This document shows positions 41,306-54,110 of a stretch of 64,000 nt of DNA, in pieces. The position numbers and the translations under genes are program-made. How positions within the stretch are numbered: position 1 is the stretch's first letter; every line of letters begins with the position of its first letter. The notes below the pieces were generated by a model. That model did not search any database. It was not told where the DNA came from and saw only the letters and a list, made by a program, of their open reading frames with translations. This DNA comes from Octopus bimaculoides (lineage: Eukaryota), in NCBI RefSeq assembly GCF_001194135.2, contig NC_068992.1, positions 56,569,637 to 56,633,636 of the forward strand, given 5' to 3'.

Positions 41306-42299
41306 GTATATATACATATATATACATACATATATATATATATACATGCATACATATAAATATATATATATGTATATATATATACATATATTTATATATG
41401 TATATGTGTATGTGTATATATATATATGTGTGCATATATATAAATGTATGTGTTTATATATGGGTGTATACATGTATATATGCTTGTATGTCTATGCATA
41501 TATATATATTTTCATATGTATATTTACATATATATGTGAATGTGTGTGTTTGTGTGTGTAATTATTTGTATGCGTACATGTGTATAACATGTGTGTCCAT
41601 GTCCAAAACGTAATGTGTCTGAAGGTACAAAATTGAATCTCAATATTACCAATGGATTAAATTGTCGACTGCACTGATTATGTATCCTATAATACTATTT
41701 TATGTAGCCACTGAAAAAGAAATGAGAGCAATCATTATAATAATAATAATAATACTAATACTAATACTACTACTACTAATAATAATAATGATAGTGAAAT
41801 TAGCAATAAATTATACGATATCTTTAGCAGGTAGCAAACATGTTTAGCATTTCAAATTACGGACGAAAATTAAGAAAAATAAAATAAAAACTTGAGAAAT
41901 GATACATGCAAGTTACATTTTTTTTAAACGCATTGATAAATTATACAAGATGATTAGAATATAAATTGAGATGATTTCATACATATTTAATATGATCAAT
42001 CTACGTAATTAACCGCGAGCTGGCTAGCAATCTCGCTCCATTTCTGAACACAGATTATCAACAAATTTAGGAAATAAATCAGAATCATGAGATTTTGCAT
42101 AAGTGTTTAGTAAATGTTAGTAGGAATTTTTCCGTTTTTTTTTTGTTTGATTGTATTTTATTATTTTTTTTCAAATCCAAGTAAATGAAATTCAGAAAAT
42201 AAATCAGTTGACATTAAACGTTTTTTTTTTTTTTTAATTTTGGGGATCTCGAATTATATACAGTTATAGATAAAGGTTTCAAACTGTGGAGCAGCGCCA

Positions 42300-42463
42300 T
42301 CTTTTGGCTGAGGTGAGTGGGGAGATCGATCACATCGATGGTAGAGTCTGAATGGTACTTGTTCTATCAACCTTGAAAGGATAAACGGTAATGTCGGCGA
42401 ATTTGAGATCAAAACGTAAGCATTTCGTCCGGAGTACGAACGGTTTTACAAGCCCGCCGCCTT
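42300..42463 (-). mobile_element. SINE-C, diverged
   Basis: gatcgatcacatcga...ggtacttgttctatcaacc..gaaaggat...ggcgaatttgagatc...aagcatttcgtccgg...gcccgccgcc. Confidence 0.7.
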
Positions 42464-42633
42464 GATTAGGCTAGAAATAACTGTATGTAAACCCTTTTGG
42501 ATAGAAAAATTCGAAGGCAGTTCTTGGAGCTCAAACCTAGATCTGGCGTAGATATGTCGGGCGGTCTAACAGTGGATGTAAGCAACCCTTCGAGTTTCTC
42601 TATTCGAATCTTATAAACTTTATTCTTACTAGT

Positions 42634-42871
42634 GTGGAGGCGCAATAGCCCAGTGGTTAGGGCAGCAGACTCGCGGTCATTGGATCGCGGTTTCGATTGG
42701 GCGGTGTGAGTGTTTATTGAACGAAATCACCTGAAGCTCCACGAGGCTCCTGCAGGGGATGATGGCGAACCCTGCTGTACTCTTCCACCACAACTTTCTC
42801 TCACTCTTTCTTCCTATTTCTGTTCTACCTGTATTTCAATGGGCCAGCCTTGTCACACTGTGTCACGCTGA
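42634..42871 (+). mobile_element. SINE-A, 3'-truncated
   Basis: gtggaggcgcaatagcccagtggttagggcagcagactcgcggtc... matches 15785 onward. Confidence 0.9.
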
Positions 42872-42970
42872 TAAAATTCCGTGATGCATTTTTAAATGCC
42901 TTCTAAACACCTTTCATGCTGCAATTGCCTTTGTTTCATCACACTATCTCAGATCAAGTCACTTGTTATT

Positions 42971-43262
42971 ACGAGTGTTTCATTTAATCCGATCAAGGAA
43001 CAGCTTGCACGTTAAATTAACTTGCAGGTAGCTGAGAACTCCACTGACACGTGTACCCTTAACATAGTCCTCAGGGAGATTCAACGTGACACAGAAGGTG
43101 ACATAGATGACCCATTTGAAATACATGTACAACTCATTTTTGCTATCTGAATGGATTGGAGCAACACGAAATAAAGTGTCTTGCTCAAGATCACGACTCG
43201 TCACCGGAAATCGAACTAACGACTGTACGATGTGTGAGCCGATTAGCCCAGGTACTGAGCTA
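42971..43262 (-). mobile_element. SINE-B
   Basis: Reverse complement of the 24078-type element (gtgtcttgctcaag, gtgtacccttaacatag, gcacgttaaattaacttgcag). Confidence 0.8.
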
Positions 43263-43278
43263 CGACTGAAATTTATTA

Positions 43279-43940
43279 CACTGAATAAAATATATTTTAC
43301 ATGCAAAAATCATAGAAATTAGAAGCACAAAATGATAAATTTGTTCAAAGATATGAAAGAAATATTAATTTTCAAAAGTTACAAAAATATGTACACCCTA
43401 AAGGAAATTTGCTATATTCAATTTTTTATCCATTTTGTTTTTAGTAAATTCAGATAATGCTGATAATTTCAATTCTAATAAATTATTACTCCTGGCATTT
43501 TTGCACTGGTCATTGTTATTGCATCTGCAGAAATTCCGATTTGTATACCGTGGTGAAAATCTTCATTGTGATTAAAATGGCACCACAAGGAAAAGAATTG
43601 TCTGAAGATTTGAAGAAAATTATTTTTAATTTGCACAAGAATGGTTTAGGATACAAGTTGATTAGTAAACGAATACATATTAGCGTAAACACAGTTGCCA
43701 AAGTAATTCCGAAGTACAAATCTACCGGACAGTTAAGCAATATAGATCGTCCAGATCGTCCTTCCATATTTGCCACATCCAACATTGCATGATGGATGAC
43801 AGGCGTCGTAACGCTTCTTCTTTGGCACAAGAAGTGACTTCTGTTAGTGGAAAGAGTGTACCCGCTCAAAGAGTTCACCGAAGTTTGAACCAGTGAGGTC
43901 TTCATGGACGCATTCCTCGTAGGTACCCTCTCCTCAGTAA
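43279..43940 (+). mobile_element. Tc1/mariner transposon 5' part with broken transposase (paired-like HTH domain)
   Basis: ATG at 43577: MAPQGKELSEDLKKIIFNLHKNGLGYKLISKRIHISVNTVAKVIPKYKSTG..RPDRP; after a frameshift RRRNASSLAQEV..VSGKSVPAQRVHRSLNQ*GLHGRIPRRYPLL. Possible TA|CACTG left end at 43277-43283. No DDE domain or right TIR seen. Confidence 0.9.
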
Positions 43941-44001
43941 TTAGCTGCTCTGCAACAAAGGATTTTCTTTTTTCTTATTATTCTTTCTTTCTTTCTCTCT
44001 G

Positions 44002-44037
<36 letters not shown>

Positions 44038-44039
44038 AC

Positions 44040-44185
44040 GTCCTTTTTTCATTTTTATCTAGCAAATCAGTTGACAAGCTTTTGGTTGATTCTGGGCTAT
44101 ATTAGAGGTTACCTGCCGTATGCGCTAAGCAATGGGACTAAACACAACACCATGTGGGTAGGAAACAAAAGTTTTTACTTCACAC
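44040..44185 (-). mobile_element. SINE-D 5' fragment, diverged
   Basis: agcaaatcagttgacaagcttttggttgattctgggctat...gggactaaacacaacaccatgtgggtagg. Confidence 0.6.
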
Positions 44186-45622
44186 CTGTACATAAAACAA
44201 GCGCTAGGTAAGACAGGTAGCCCCTCCCATCAATTTCCTCTAATTTGTAGTTATCTCCAGACAGTAAACGTTCGGAATTTTCTGAGCCGCATTAACCAGC
44301 CAGTTTCAGCCAATGAAAAGCATGGAAATAATTTCCTGAGATCGATTCATCTCTTGACGCAAATTAATACTAGATCGGAACTTGGCTAATGAGATGAAAT
44401 TTAACAATTCTGGCTATGTCTGCAATTGCTGTTTCTATAGTTAATGCATATGTGTATACAATTTTGATTGGGATAAACAGAAGGAATATAATCTATGGAA
44501 AAGTAGCGATGCTAAAATCACTGCAAATGAACTAAATCTACCGTTCTTCTTTTATTGAGTGTTGTCCGTTATGGATGACTCTCTTGCGAGCGTTTGAACC
44601 AGACTTACGGTTGTTTCAGAATATCTTCCTCGAACTAATCTAAAGGGTCCTTTAACAGGTCATGCCCATTCTTTCTCGCTCAAAAAGAATTTTTCAAAAA
44701 TACAGTCAAGCACATCATAATAGCTGGACCTTAATTTTTAATTTGGTTAGAAAACTCATAATATAGAAAGAGTTAAGCAAGGAAGCAACATGAGTAGAAA
44801 AGACGATCGATTGTGGCGCTTCACACAGTATATGTTTGGAATAATGATTTGATGAACGTTATTCAAAACTGAAATGTAAATGATATCGAAAACCAACCGG
44901 AAATAAATCTATTTTGATAAGGAAAATGTCTCTTGCTGAATCTATTGTTAAGTATCAAAAAAGCTATACACTGTAGCTCTATTAAGAGCGGGTAGTCTAG
45001 ATGCGTTTTTAACAAACCACGCTTCAGTAATACTTTCTTCCATATGCAATTGTCAATAATAATGATAGTCATGAGAATATGAAGCAGAGGACAATTTGGA
45101 AGAAATAGAAGAAGAAGATAGATAAAGAAGAGGCTAGGAGAAAATGTAAAGCACACGAAAGTGGACAAACAACATCGACATTGAGAACGACAAGAATATA
45201 AAAGATATTTAATAAATGAGGTACTGGTATGACCATAAAATAAGAAGTAAAAGGAGGAAATATAGCAAAGGAAAGGAAAAGCAAGAAAGAAAAAAAGACG
45301 AGAATGCAAAAGGGGAAAAATGCATTGAAGAATAACAAACTGGTGTGACTATAAATGAGAGAAAAAAAAAAAGAATCAATCAAGAAATGATATAAACTTA
45401 AGTTGTTCACTGAAAAGAAAATAATTTACGTTTCTATAGCAACGCAGTTGAAAATTCGAATTTTCAACGAATAATTCTAAATTGATAATATAATTAATTT
45501 TAACAGGTTTCATAGGATAACTAGTCGCATTTAAGTCAAATCACCTGGAAGCAGTACTGAATTCTGATTTTAAGATTCGGATGATCCGATTATATTTTTA
45601 CCTGGCGCCATTATACTTTGAG

Positions 45623-45678
<56 letters not shown>

Positions 45679-45866
45679 GCAAGACATTTCAAATAAATGA
45701 GCAATTTTCGTCTACAGAGTTTTTATTATTAGTTATTTATACACCATATTTAATTCTCTGTCCGACAAATGTTTCTACTGCATGGTTATGTCGATATTTC
45801 ATTGGATTGGCATCCTGTTTGTTCGTCTGCATTCGGATTTAATTCAGGCTATATACATGTCCATAC

Positions 45867-45945
45867 AGCTTTATTTAAGGTGTCGCCACTCTTAAAGTTT
45901 GAAGCAAACTTCCAATTTTAATAGTGGCAACATCCGAATAAAGCT
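45867..45945. other. 79-nt hairpin of pre-miRNA-like dimensions
   Basis: agctttatt/aataaagct outer stem, gtgtcgccact/agtggcaacat middle stem, about 29 WC plus 2 G-U pairs, 4-nt apical loop. Confidence 0.5.
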
Positions 45946-46019
45946 TTTCGAACAATGCTATTCCAATTTGAATAATGTTGCTTTTCCAATTGCAATCACC
46001 GAATACGACTATGTACGAA

Positions 46020-46270
46020 TGTTTTCATTCACTCCCTACACTCACTTGACTGCGGCTATGCTGCAGCATCACCTTTAGTCGAACAAATCGACCCCAGGAA
46101 TTATTCTTTGTAAGCCAAGTACTTATTCTAATTCCGTCTACCAAATCCACTCACAAAGTTGTGGTCGTCCCGAGGCTATCGTAGAAAATACTTGCCCAAG
46201 TTGCCACACCGTGGGACTGAACCCTGAAACATGTGGTTGGGAAGCAAGCTTCTTACCACACAGCCACCCT
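46020..46270 (-). mobile_element. SINE-D with internal deletion
   Basis: gactgcggctatgctgcagcatcacctttagtcgaacaaatcgacccagg...cttgcccaag...gggactgaaccc..catgtggttgggaagcaagc. Confidence 0.85.
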
Positions 46271-46832
46271 GTTTATATTTAAATATATATTCAACTATGT
46301 ATTTATGTGTTCTAACTTTCTATCTGTCTGCCCATCAACAATTTAGCTATCTAGCCAGCTAGCAATATAGTCTCGCTGGGTTCTTTGGAATCTGTTGTGG
46401 CCTCATTGAGACATTATCGGTATATTTTTCAAATATTAATGGAAATACGACTAATTGTTTGATTCAAATTTAATAACCGAACACAAAATTTTGTCCCACA
46501 TATTCTAATCCCATGGAAATTTCCGTCATGACTTATGACATTTCTATTTTGATTACAATAGAGAGCTGTTTTGGTTTATATAAATAGCGAATGAATATAT
46601 AAGCGAATTTAATCAATACACATATATCTTCCACGGACCTGCTGATGAAAGGAATACACGAATGGATATCAACACAGGAGTTTATCTCGCAGATGCACAT
46701 TTGTGTAGAGAGTAAGCCTATATCTGATATGTCTAGATACCGTCTACTATTTCATCGGTTGTTAATTGAATTCCTTTATAGTATACGTATTTATGCATGT
46801 CTCCCTCTCTCCCTCTCTTTCTCTCTCTATAC

Positions 46833-46869
<37 letters not shown>

Positions 46870-47116
46870 GTTGTGCGTGTATGTATATGTGTGTGCGTGC
46901 ATGTGTATAAGTTGCCGCAAGAACCTGTGCACGTATAGGCGAAACTCAGAATAGCAAGAGACTGATTTGACCAAAAGAAAATATATTATTAACTTCTACT
47001 ATAGTACATACATATACACATATATATATATATGTATAAAATATATAATACAAATCTTACATAAAATATGATTTATTATATGTTATACGTGTCTGTGTAT
47101 GTAAATATATATTTAA

Positions 47117-47172
<56 letters not shown>

Positions 47173-49593
47173 NNNNNNNNNNNNNNNNNNNNNNNNNNNN
47201 NNNNNNNNNNNNNNNNNNNNNNNNNNNNNNNNNNNNNNNNNNNNNNNNNNNNNNNNNNNNNNNNNNNNNNNNNNNNNNNNNNNNNNNNNNNNNNNNNNNN
47301 NNNNNNNNNNNNNNNNNNNNNNNNNNNNNNNNNNNNNNNNNNNNNNNNNNNNNNNNNNNNNNNNNNNNNNNNNNNNNNNNNNNNNNNNNNNNNNNNNNNN
47401 NNNNNNNNNNNNNNNNNNNNNNNNNNNNNNNNNNNNNNNNNNNNNNNNNNNNNNNNNNNNNNNNNNNNNNNNNNNNNNNNNNNNNNNNNNNNNNNNNNNN
47501 NNNNNNNNNNNNNNNNNNNNNNNNNNNNNNNNNNNNNNNNNNNNNNNNNNNNNNAAATGCAGGTTGTGGCACATAAAAATACAGACGAGTTAGCTATGTT
47601 TAATGAAAAGAAAACTTTTAGAACTTCTTAATTTTTCGCAGTTATAGTCTGCTGACTCCACATATTGCGGCAGCTGTTATTGCATTTAGATAAAAAAAAA
47701 AAAAAAGGAATAGCACACGCTCTCACAGACACACGAATTCTCACACACATTGAAGCACACAGAGACACACACGTTTAATAAACTTCAAATACCAGAGGTG
47801 AGAAAGCGTTTGAAAACACAGCAAAGATATCTTCTAGTAAAAGACAATTTGCAACGTTAGCATCTTAGAGGCTTAACCTGTGACTTCAGAAACAGCTGAA
47901 ATGTGAAGTAATCATATATAAGACAGACATAACAGAAAGAAAGATGAAACACAATATAATAGTCGCATAAAATTGAAACCAGCTTAGACGCTTGTACATG
48001 TCTGTTTTCCACGCTAGAAGTGGTGACCAATTTGCACTGAAATCATTTCTTGCAGCTTTAAATATACAAATATACAACGTCATTATTACGTTATTGTAGC
48101 CTTTAAATATAAATAGATCTCCGTCGCTTTCGATGAGGCAAATGTATTTTTTGGATCATTGAAATATGAAGCCAGAGGCTGAACATTACAGTGAAATATA
48201 TACCATTAACACTGATTGAGTAGGCTTGGCCCTTAAATTGCATTTTCGGTTGGTTTAATTTCATTTACTATGCTTGGTTCGACACGAAATTATGATAAAG
48301 AAAGCCTTGCAGTGCGATTGAACTGTAGATATCGGGATTGCAAAGGGATTTTCTGAACTATTCGGGCATCATGTTTTCTTTGTGGCAAAGTGCTGCGTAC
48401 TCTAATACAGCACTCAGAATCAGTAATGATCGAGTAAATAAAGAGAGGAGGTTTACATGAAAAGCATGTATCATACAATAACCATGGATTTTAAGCTAAT
48501 GTTGTTTCAATAAGCCAGCTCAAGTTCCACAAAGAGAACGGGTGCTAATCTATTCTTCTTAGATAGACGAACGTCATCCATAACAAAATTACTAACCTAT
48601 AAAAATACGGGATTATCTCTCAGGATTTGTAACACTTTTTGATATTAGGTCTGTGACATCAGATTGATCTCTAGAAGGTAAAAGGTGTAAGATACAGAGT
48701 AACTTCAGGAATAGATTGGGGTGGAGTGGGTTAACATCAAAATTGTTTTTTCAAGTACGACGATCAATCATCTTGAAAAGTCCAAGAAAATGCTGCATAT
48801 ATTTTGTACAATGAATAATTAAACAAAGTTCACATCAAACCAATTGGAACAGAAACTTGTTAAAATTTCAAAATGTGTTATATTCACATTCTCAACACGA
48901 CACAAAAACTTCACCTCTACAAAGATGTTATCACACACAAACTCAGATACACACTATATGAGATCACAAACTCGTTAACATTAGCACATGAACCCATACA
49001 CACGTATACTCACATACACCCACACACAGGTACATACGGGCACACACACAATCATACACACATAAAACACACACACACACACANNNNNNNNNNCACACAT
49101 ATATATATATGCATACATATATACACAGACACTAATTCTGGATTCATAAATAAATTAAAACAAATTGCACAAATGAAGACAAATGCTTGGAACGAAATGG
49201 AAATTGAAACAGGACTATTTTGCAAATTTTCTTTTTGTTTGAAGTATTGTAATATAAGAATAAAGAAGCACGTATTGCTGTGGTGTCAGTTAATTGCTTC
49301 CGTTGGCAATCACATGCATCTAGGTTCGGTTTCACTGCATGATAACTTCTGCAAGTAAGTCTTACTCTAATTTTAAATTATGCGTCACCTTATGAATGCA
49401 ATGCGGTTGACGGAAAGTAATACATATGTCTAATATTTATAAGTGTGTGTGTAACACCATGATTATAGAGGTGGCTACAATAAATACTAAGAATGATTTG
49501 ATCGATAAACCTAGCAGAATAATCAAATATATTAAAAAGAATGTATGTTTCTATTACCAGAATATGTCATTACTGCTGAGAAACCGACGTTTA

Positions 49594-49639
<46 letters not shown>

Positions 49640-50343
49640 CATACATATATACACATACAGTGATAAATGCATACATATATATACATATACATACATACAT
49701 GCATACTTATATTTATACACACACATATAGACACACATACACCCTCATTTATATATANNNNNNNNNNNNNNNNNNNNNNNNNNNNNNNNNNNNNNNNNNN
49801 NNNNNNNNNNNNNNNNNNNNNNNNNNNNNNNNNNNNNNNNNNNNNNNNNNNNNNNNNNNNNNNNNNNNNNNNNNNNNNNNNNNNNNNNNNNNNNNNNNNN
49901 NNNNNNNNNNNNNNNNNNNNNNNNNNNNNNNNNNNNNNNNNNNNNNNNNNNNNNNNNNNNNNNNNNNNNNNNNNNNNNNNNNNNNNNNNNNNNNNNNNNN
50001 NNNNNNNNNNNNNNNNNNNNNNNNNNNNNNNNNNNNNNNNNNNNNNNNNNNNNNNNNNNNNNNNNNNNNNNNNNNNNNNNNNNNNNNNNNNNNNNNNNNN
50101 NNNNNNNNNNNNNNNNNNNNNNNNNNNNNNNNNNNNNNNNNNNNNNNNNNNNNNNNNNNNNNNNNNNNNNNNNNNNNNNNNNNNNNNNNNNNNNNNNNNN
50201 NNNNNNNNNNNNNNNNNNNNNNNNNNNNNNNNNNNNNNNNNNNNNNNNNNNNNNNNNNNNNNNNNNNNNNNNNNNNNNNNNNNNNNNNNNNNNNNNNNNN
50301 NNNNNNNNNNNNNNNNNNNNNNNNNNNNNNNNNNNNNNNNNNN

Positions 50344-50602
50344 GCAAGACATGGATGCGGAGGTCTTCAAGACAAAACTTGACGCTTTCCTCTCCACGAT
50401 ACCAGACGAACCAATGGCTCGTAATGAGACGCAGTTTAGGGCAGCTGTGTCAAATTCTCTTATACACCAGATGTGCCATCAAAACTCTTGATTGGACCAT
50501 GCCAGGTGGGGGAGAAGAGCCATGCAAGGAACGTGAAAATCACGGTGGTGCACCAGCATGACCGCAGCCACTTGGCTGAAACACATAAATAAATAAAATA
50601 AA

Positions 50603-50608
<6 letters not shown>
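50344..50608 (+). mobile_element. CR1/L2-group LINE: ORF2 C-terminus, 3' UTR and (TAAA)n tail
   Basis: DAEVFKTKLDAFLSTIPDEP...RAAVSNSLIHQ (stop at 50491) resembles the FKxxLDxFL..IPD.P C-terminal motif; followed by a stem-loop and simple-repeat tail. The upstream part lies in a gap. Confidence 0.7.
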
Positions 50609-50636
<28 letters not shown>

Positions 50637-50647
50637 TATGCAACGGC

Positions 50648-51084
50648 GGTTTAATCAATGTGTTCACATGACAAACTTCGCGAGAATACCAAAACGCCGT
50701 GTCAACGACTCCTACCGACCTCTACTCTTTAAAAGACTTCGGCTAGTCCATTCTTCCAATCTCCCAGGGATGTCAATGACTCTCGCCACATCTCCCACTT
50801 TGAGATTGACTTCCGTTGGAAGTTAATATTATTTTTAATTATTTATTTTTATTTCATCACATCTCACTTTTTGCTTCGAGAATCTCGTCGCCACTTGTAT
50901 ATCCTTGATACACGTTGGATATCTTCATTACACAGCAGAGGTTTTAATCAATGTGTTCACACGACGTACTTCGCGAGACGGACCAAAACGCTCTCTCAAC
51001 GACTCCTGCCGACCTATACTCTTTATAAGAGTTCGTCTAGTCCATTATTCCAATCCCCCAAGGGTGTCAATAACTCTCGTCACA
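50648..51084. repeat. Pair of diverged ~143-bp direct repeats (50648-50790, 50940-51084)
   Basis: Both read ttaatcaatgtgttcac..acttcgcgaga..ccaaaacgc..tcaacgactcct.ccgacct.tactcttta..aga.ttcg.ctagtccatt.ttccaatc.ccc.aggg.tgtcaat.actctcg.caca. Confidence 0.85.
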
Positions 51085-51539
51085 ATAAAGTTGCGTGCCA
51101 GTGTTTACGTTTAATATGTAATCTAAAAACGTAAATCGAAGTTTCGCGAAAGGAAACTTGCACCTTGCATCTATTCCCTCACAGATGATCGTGATGTCAT
51201 TATGGCAAAGTGTAATTCTCGACGCCTTTCTAAATTATGGCATAAATGTTAAAATAACCTGTTTAGCCTCATGTAAGGATCATGGTGCGAATAAAAAACA
51301 AACAAAGGAACGCACTGTTTAATTACAGTTTTACTAATTAATGAGCATTTTAATTAGTTTACATATAATCTAGTTAATTGATAATAGTGGTTATATTTTG
51401 CTTCTAACTGAAGCACAATATAACTACTGGAGGTTTTTGATTAGGAACACGACTCCTTCAAATCCATACGTACACACATTGATATATGCATAGCTACGCT
51501 CATATACGTTCACATGTATACACACATACATACACATGT

Positions 51540-51581
<42 letters not shown>

Positions 51582-53630
51582 AAGCACATACACACACATA
51601 GATATACGCGCGCGCACACACACACACACACTCAAATACACACACACACACACGCAAACGCATACAGACATTAATATAATCAGCAGGCTGCGATGTTTCA
51701 CCAAAAGAAGAGTTGTAATTGTCACTGAATGTGACTAGGGTGTTAAGAAACACTTACATTGCTAGAAATAAGAGCTAAAACGCACATGAAGGAAAACAAA
51801 CACTAGCAGGTGCCTGAATCGTCCGAAAAATGCTGATCGAGAGTCCCTAATACGAACGTCAGTTTAGGCAATTTCTGTTGCCTCATGTGTTAAGCCCGCT
51901 CGATCTTGGCCTTTCTCGGACGGTTTCTCTATAATATATGTTTTTGTCATCCAAATTTATGAATGATTTAGCGATTTGTTAAGGTGTATGCATGAAATTA
52001 ATACACACAGCAGTTTAATCGAATTGATATCGAATTGATATTATGGTAGAAGACACTTAAGTATCACGTTCGATTCGAACCCGCATATCATACATATAAG
52101 CGAATATTCGCACATATAAGCGAATATCTTAACCTTACCACTGGCATTTACGCGCTCTAAACCACGAAGCCACGCTTGCAGGAAATAACATAAAATGATA
52201 TAACCTAATTTAAGATTTGGTTGGGAAATTAACGCTGATTTTCTTCATACATTGTTCTTATGATTTAATTCTCGCTATGTTACGTGCTTCCATCTTTAAT
52301 TGCGTTGTTCTTTAATTAATTAATTAAGAGTAAAGTTAAGAAAATTTCCATGCCTTAAAGATTATATTGACGTCGCCATACAATTAATGAGTTAACGCGC
52401 CACTAAGAAATTAAGAAAATGTAATTGTCATATAAGAGGACAAGTCGCCATGCATTAACATCTGTTTCGAACATCCTTTTGTTTGTTACTGTTTCATTTA
52501 TACACAAATTGGCAATAATAAGAATAATTACAATGTATTAAACTGACAACATGTACAATGTTTTAGTAATACTTAGAACTTATATAGAAGCAATCTTGTG
52601 TAAATAAGGACCAAATAAACATTGCACTTAGGAGATCAATGATATGATTAAATCGACATAAGATACCAGTAGAATGAAAGTAGGCCCTCAATTTTGTCAA
52701 TAATACTTTAGGTCTCAGTTTGGTTATGAATATCTAGTTTTCGTTAAGGACATTACATAGAAAATTTTGTACCGGTCGATCAGGCAAGGGCTAAGGAACA
52801 GTGGGTACAATAGGTGCATGCGCCCCCTCCCAGTAAAATGTTGAGGGCTGCAATGAAAATGCCTTGAACATTCTCCTGAAAATTGGTCATCGCCAAAACG
52901 AGCGTGTGTAGAAGTATTTGTGGACTGATTTGAAACATTACTTTTGCATTGTTGCATATATCTAATTTGATTAATGCACAAATAAAATAGAAATTTTTAT
53001 CATGTTTGTTTTGAACCTGGGTTTGCACCTGGTTTGGACCTGGGTTTGCCCCCACTAAGCAAATTTCGTTTCCACATTCACTCGGTCAGAAGAGAAGGTA
53101 GAACTCACGTCTGTTCCCTTTGGGACTTTGGAGACACAAAGAGCGAGGTGAGAGGTTATTCTCAATCCTTAGTCGTGTTCAGCATTAATGCAACTGGAGT
53201 GGATTCCACTAAATGTATACAGAGAGTATACAGAGAGTATACGTTGGTATGTGGCTTAACTAAACCAGAGTAAAATAGGAGCTCCAAGCTCAAAATCACA
53301 CTGAGCATGCACAATGAAGGAAGAAATTTCGATTTCACATTTCACAGATGAAGAGAAGTGCCAAGCCTAGTGTTCACACGACAATGAGCAAAAGAAGTTA
53401 AAAAATGATAAAGTCATAATGTGGCTGGTGGAATTCAATTAATCAAGTATCGCTAGCAGACTCTTTTAATTAGTTAAATTCACGTTGGTTTCATCTACTC
53501 AGCTGAAAATAAGCACCGGACTAGAGCATATTCTGCCCTCTTTTCAGTTTCCGCTGTCAAATCCTGGACGTTCCTTTGACTCATATGAGGTGAAAGGCCC
53601 GAGAAGATGTGTACGTATGCGTTGAACTAC

Positions 53631-54110
53631 ATCATCATCATTAAGATATCTTAACTGATGCAGCCAGTTGTTGGGGCACCGCTCTAGAAGCTTCTACAGT
53701 CCGCCGTCATCACTGGTGTCTGTTCTCTATTATTCGTAGTAGAGCTGAAGCGTTTTAACCTGCTTCTCTGCGTGTCTTAGCCTTCCATGAACTGTACCCT
53801 AAAGAATGGTTTCGGACAAAATCTTGCCGGGGGATACGTAACCATACCAGGGAAGCTTTCGTCTTTTCCGTCTTCGCAAGGAATAGTTCCATTTTGCCAG
53901 CGTATTCTTTGACATGCTGCCTGACAAATCTGTTCGTGTTATTGCTCTGTGGTATATGTACCTGTCCCGGATTCTTCGCACCATGTCAGCAGTAAGTGCC
54001 TAGCTCTCACACCTATACAGATAGATCGAAGCCACCACGGATTTATACATTCTGAGTGAGTGCTACTGGAAAACTAATGGAATTGCTTTTACATATGGAA
54101 CAGCATAGGG
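53631..54110 (-). mobile_element. RTE-clade LINE 3' end, degenerate
   Basis: MYKSVVASIYLYRCES*ALTADMVRRI...RRKLPWYGYVS..ILSETIL*GTV.G resembles the RTE C-terminal motifs (LLYGCESW, LxWyGHv, KTILxG); (ATG)n tail at 53631-53641. Confidence 0.8.
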
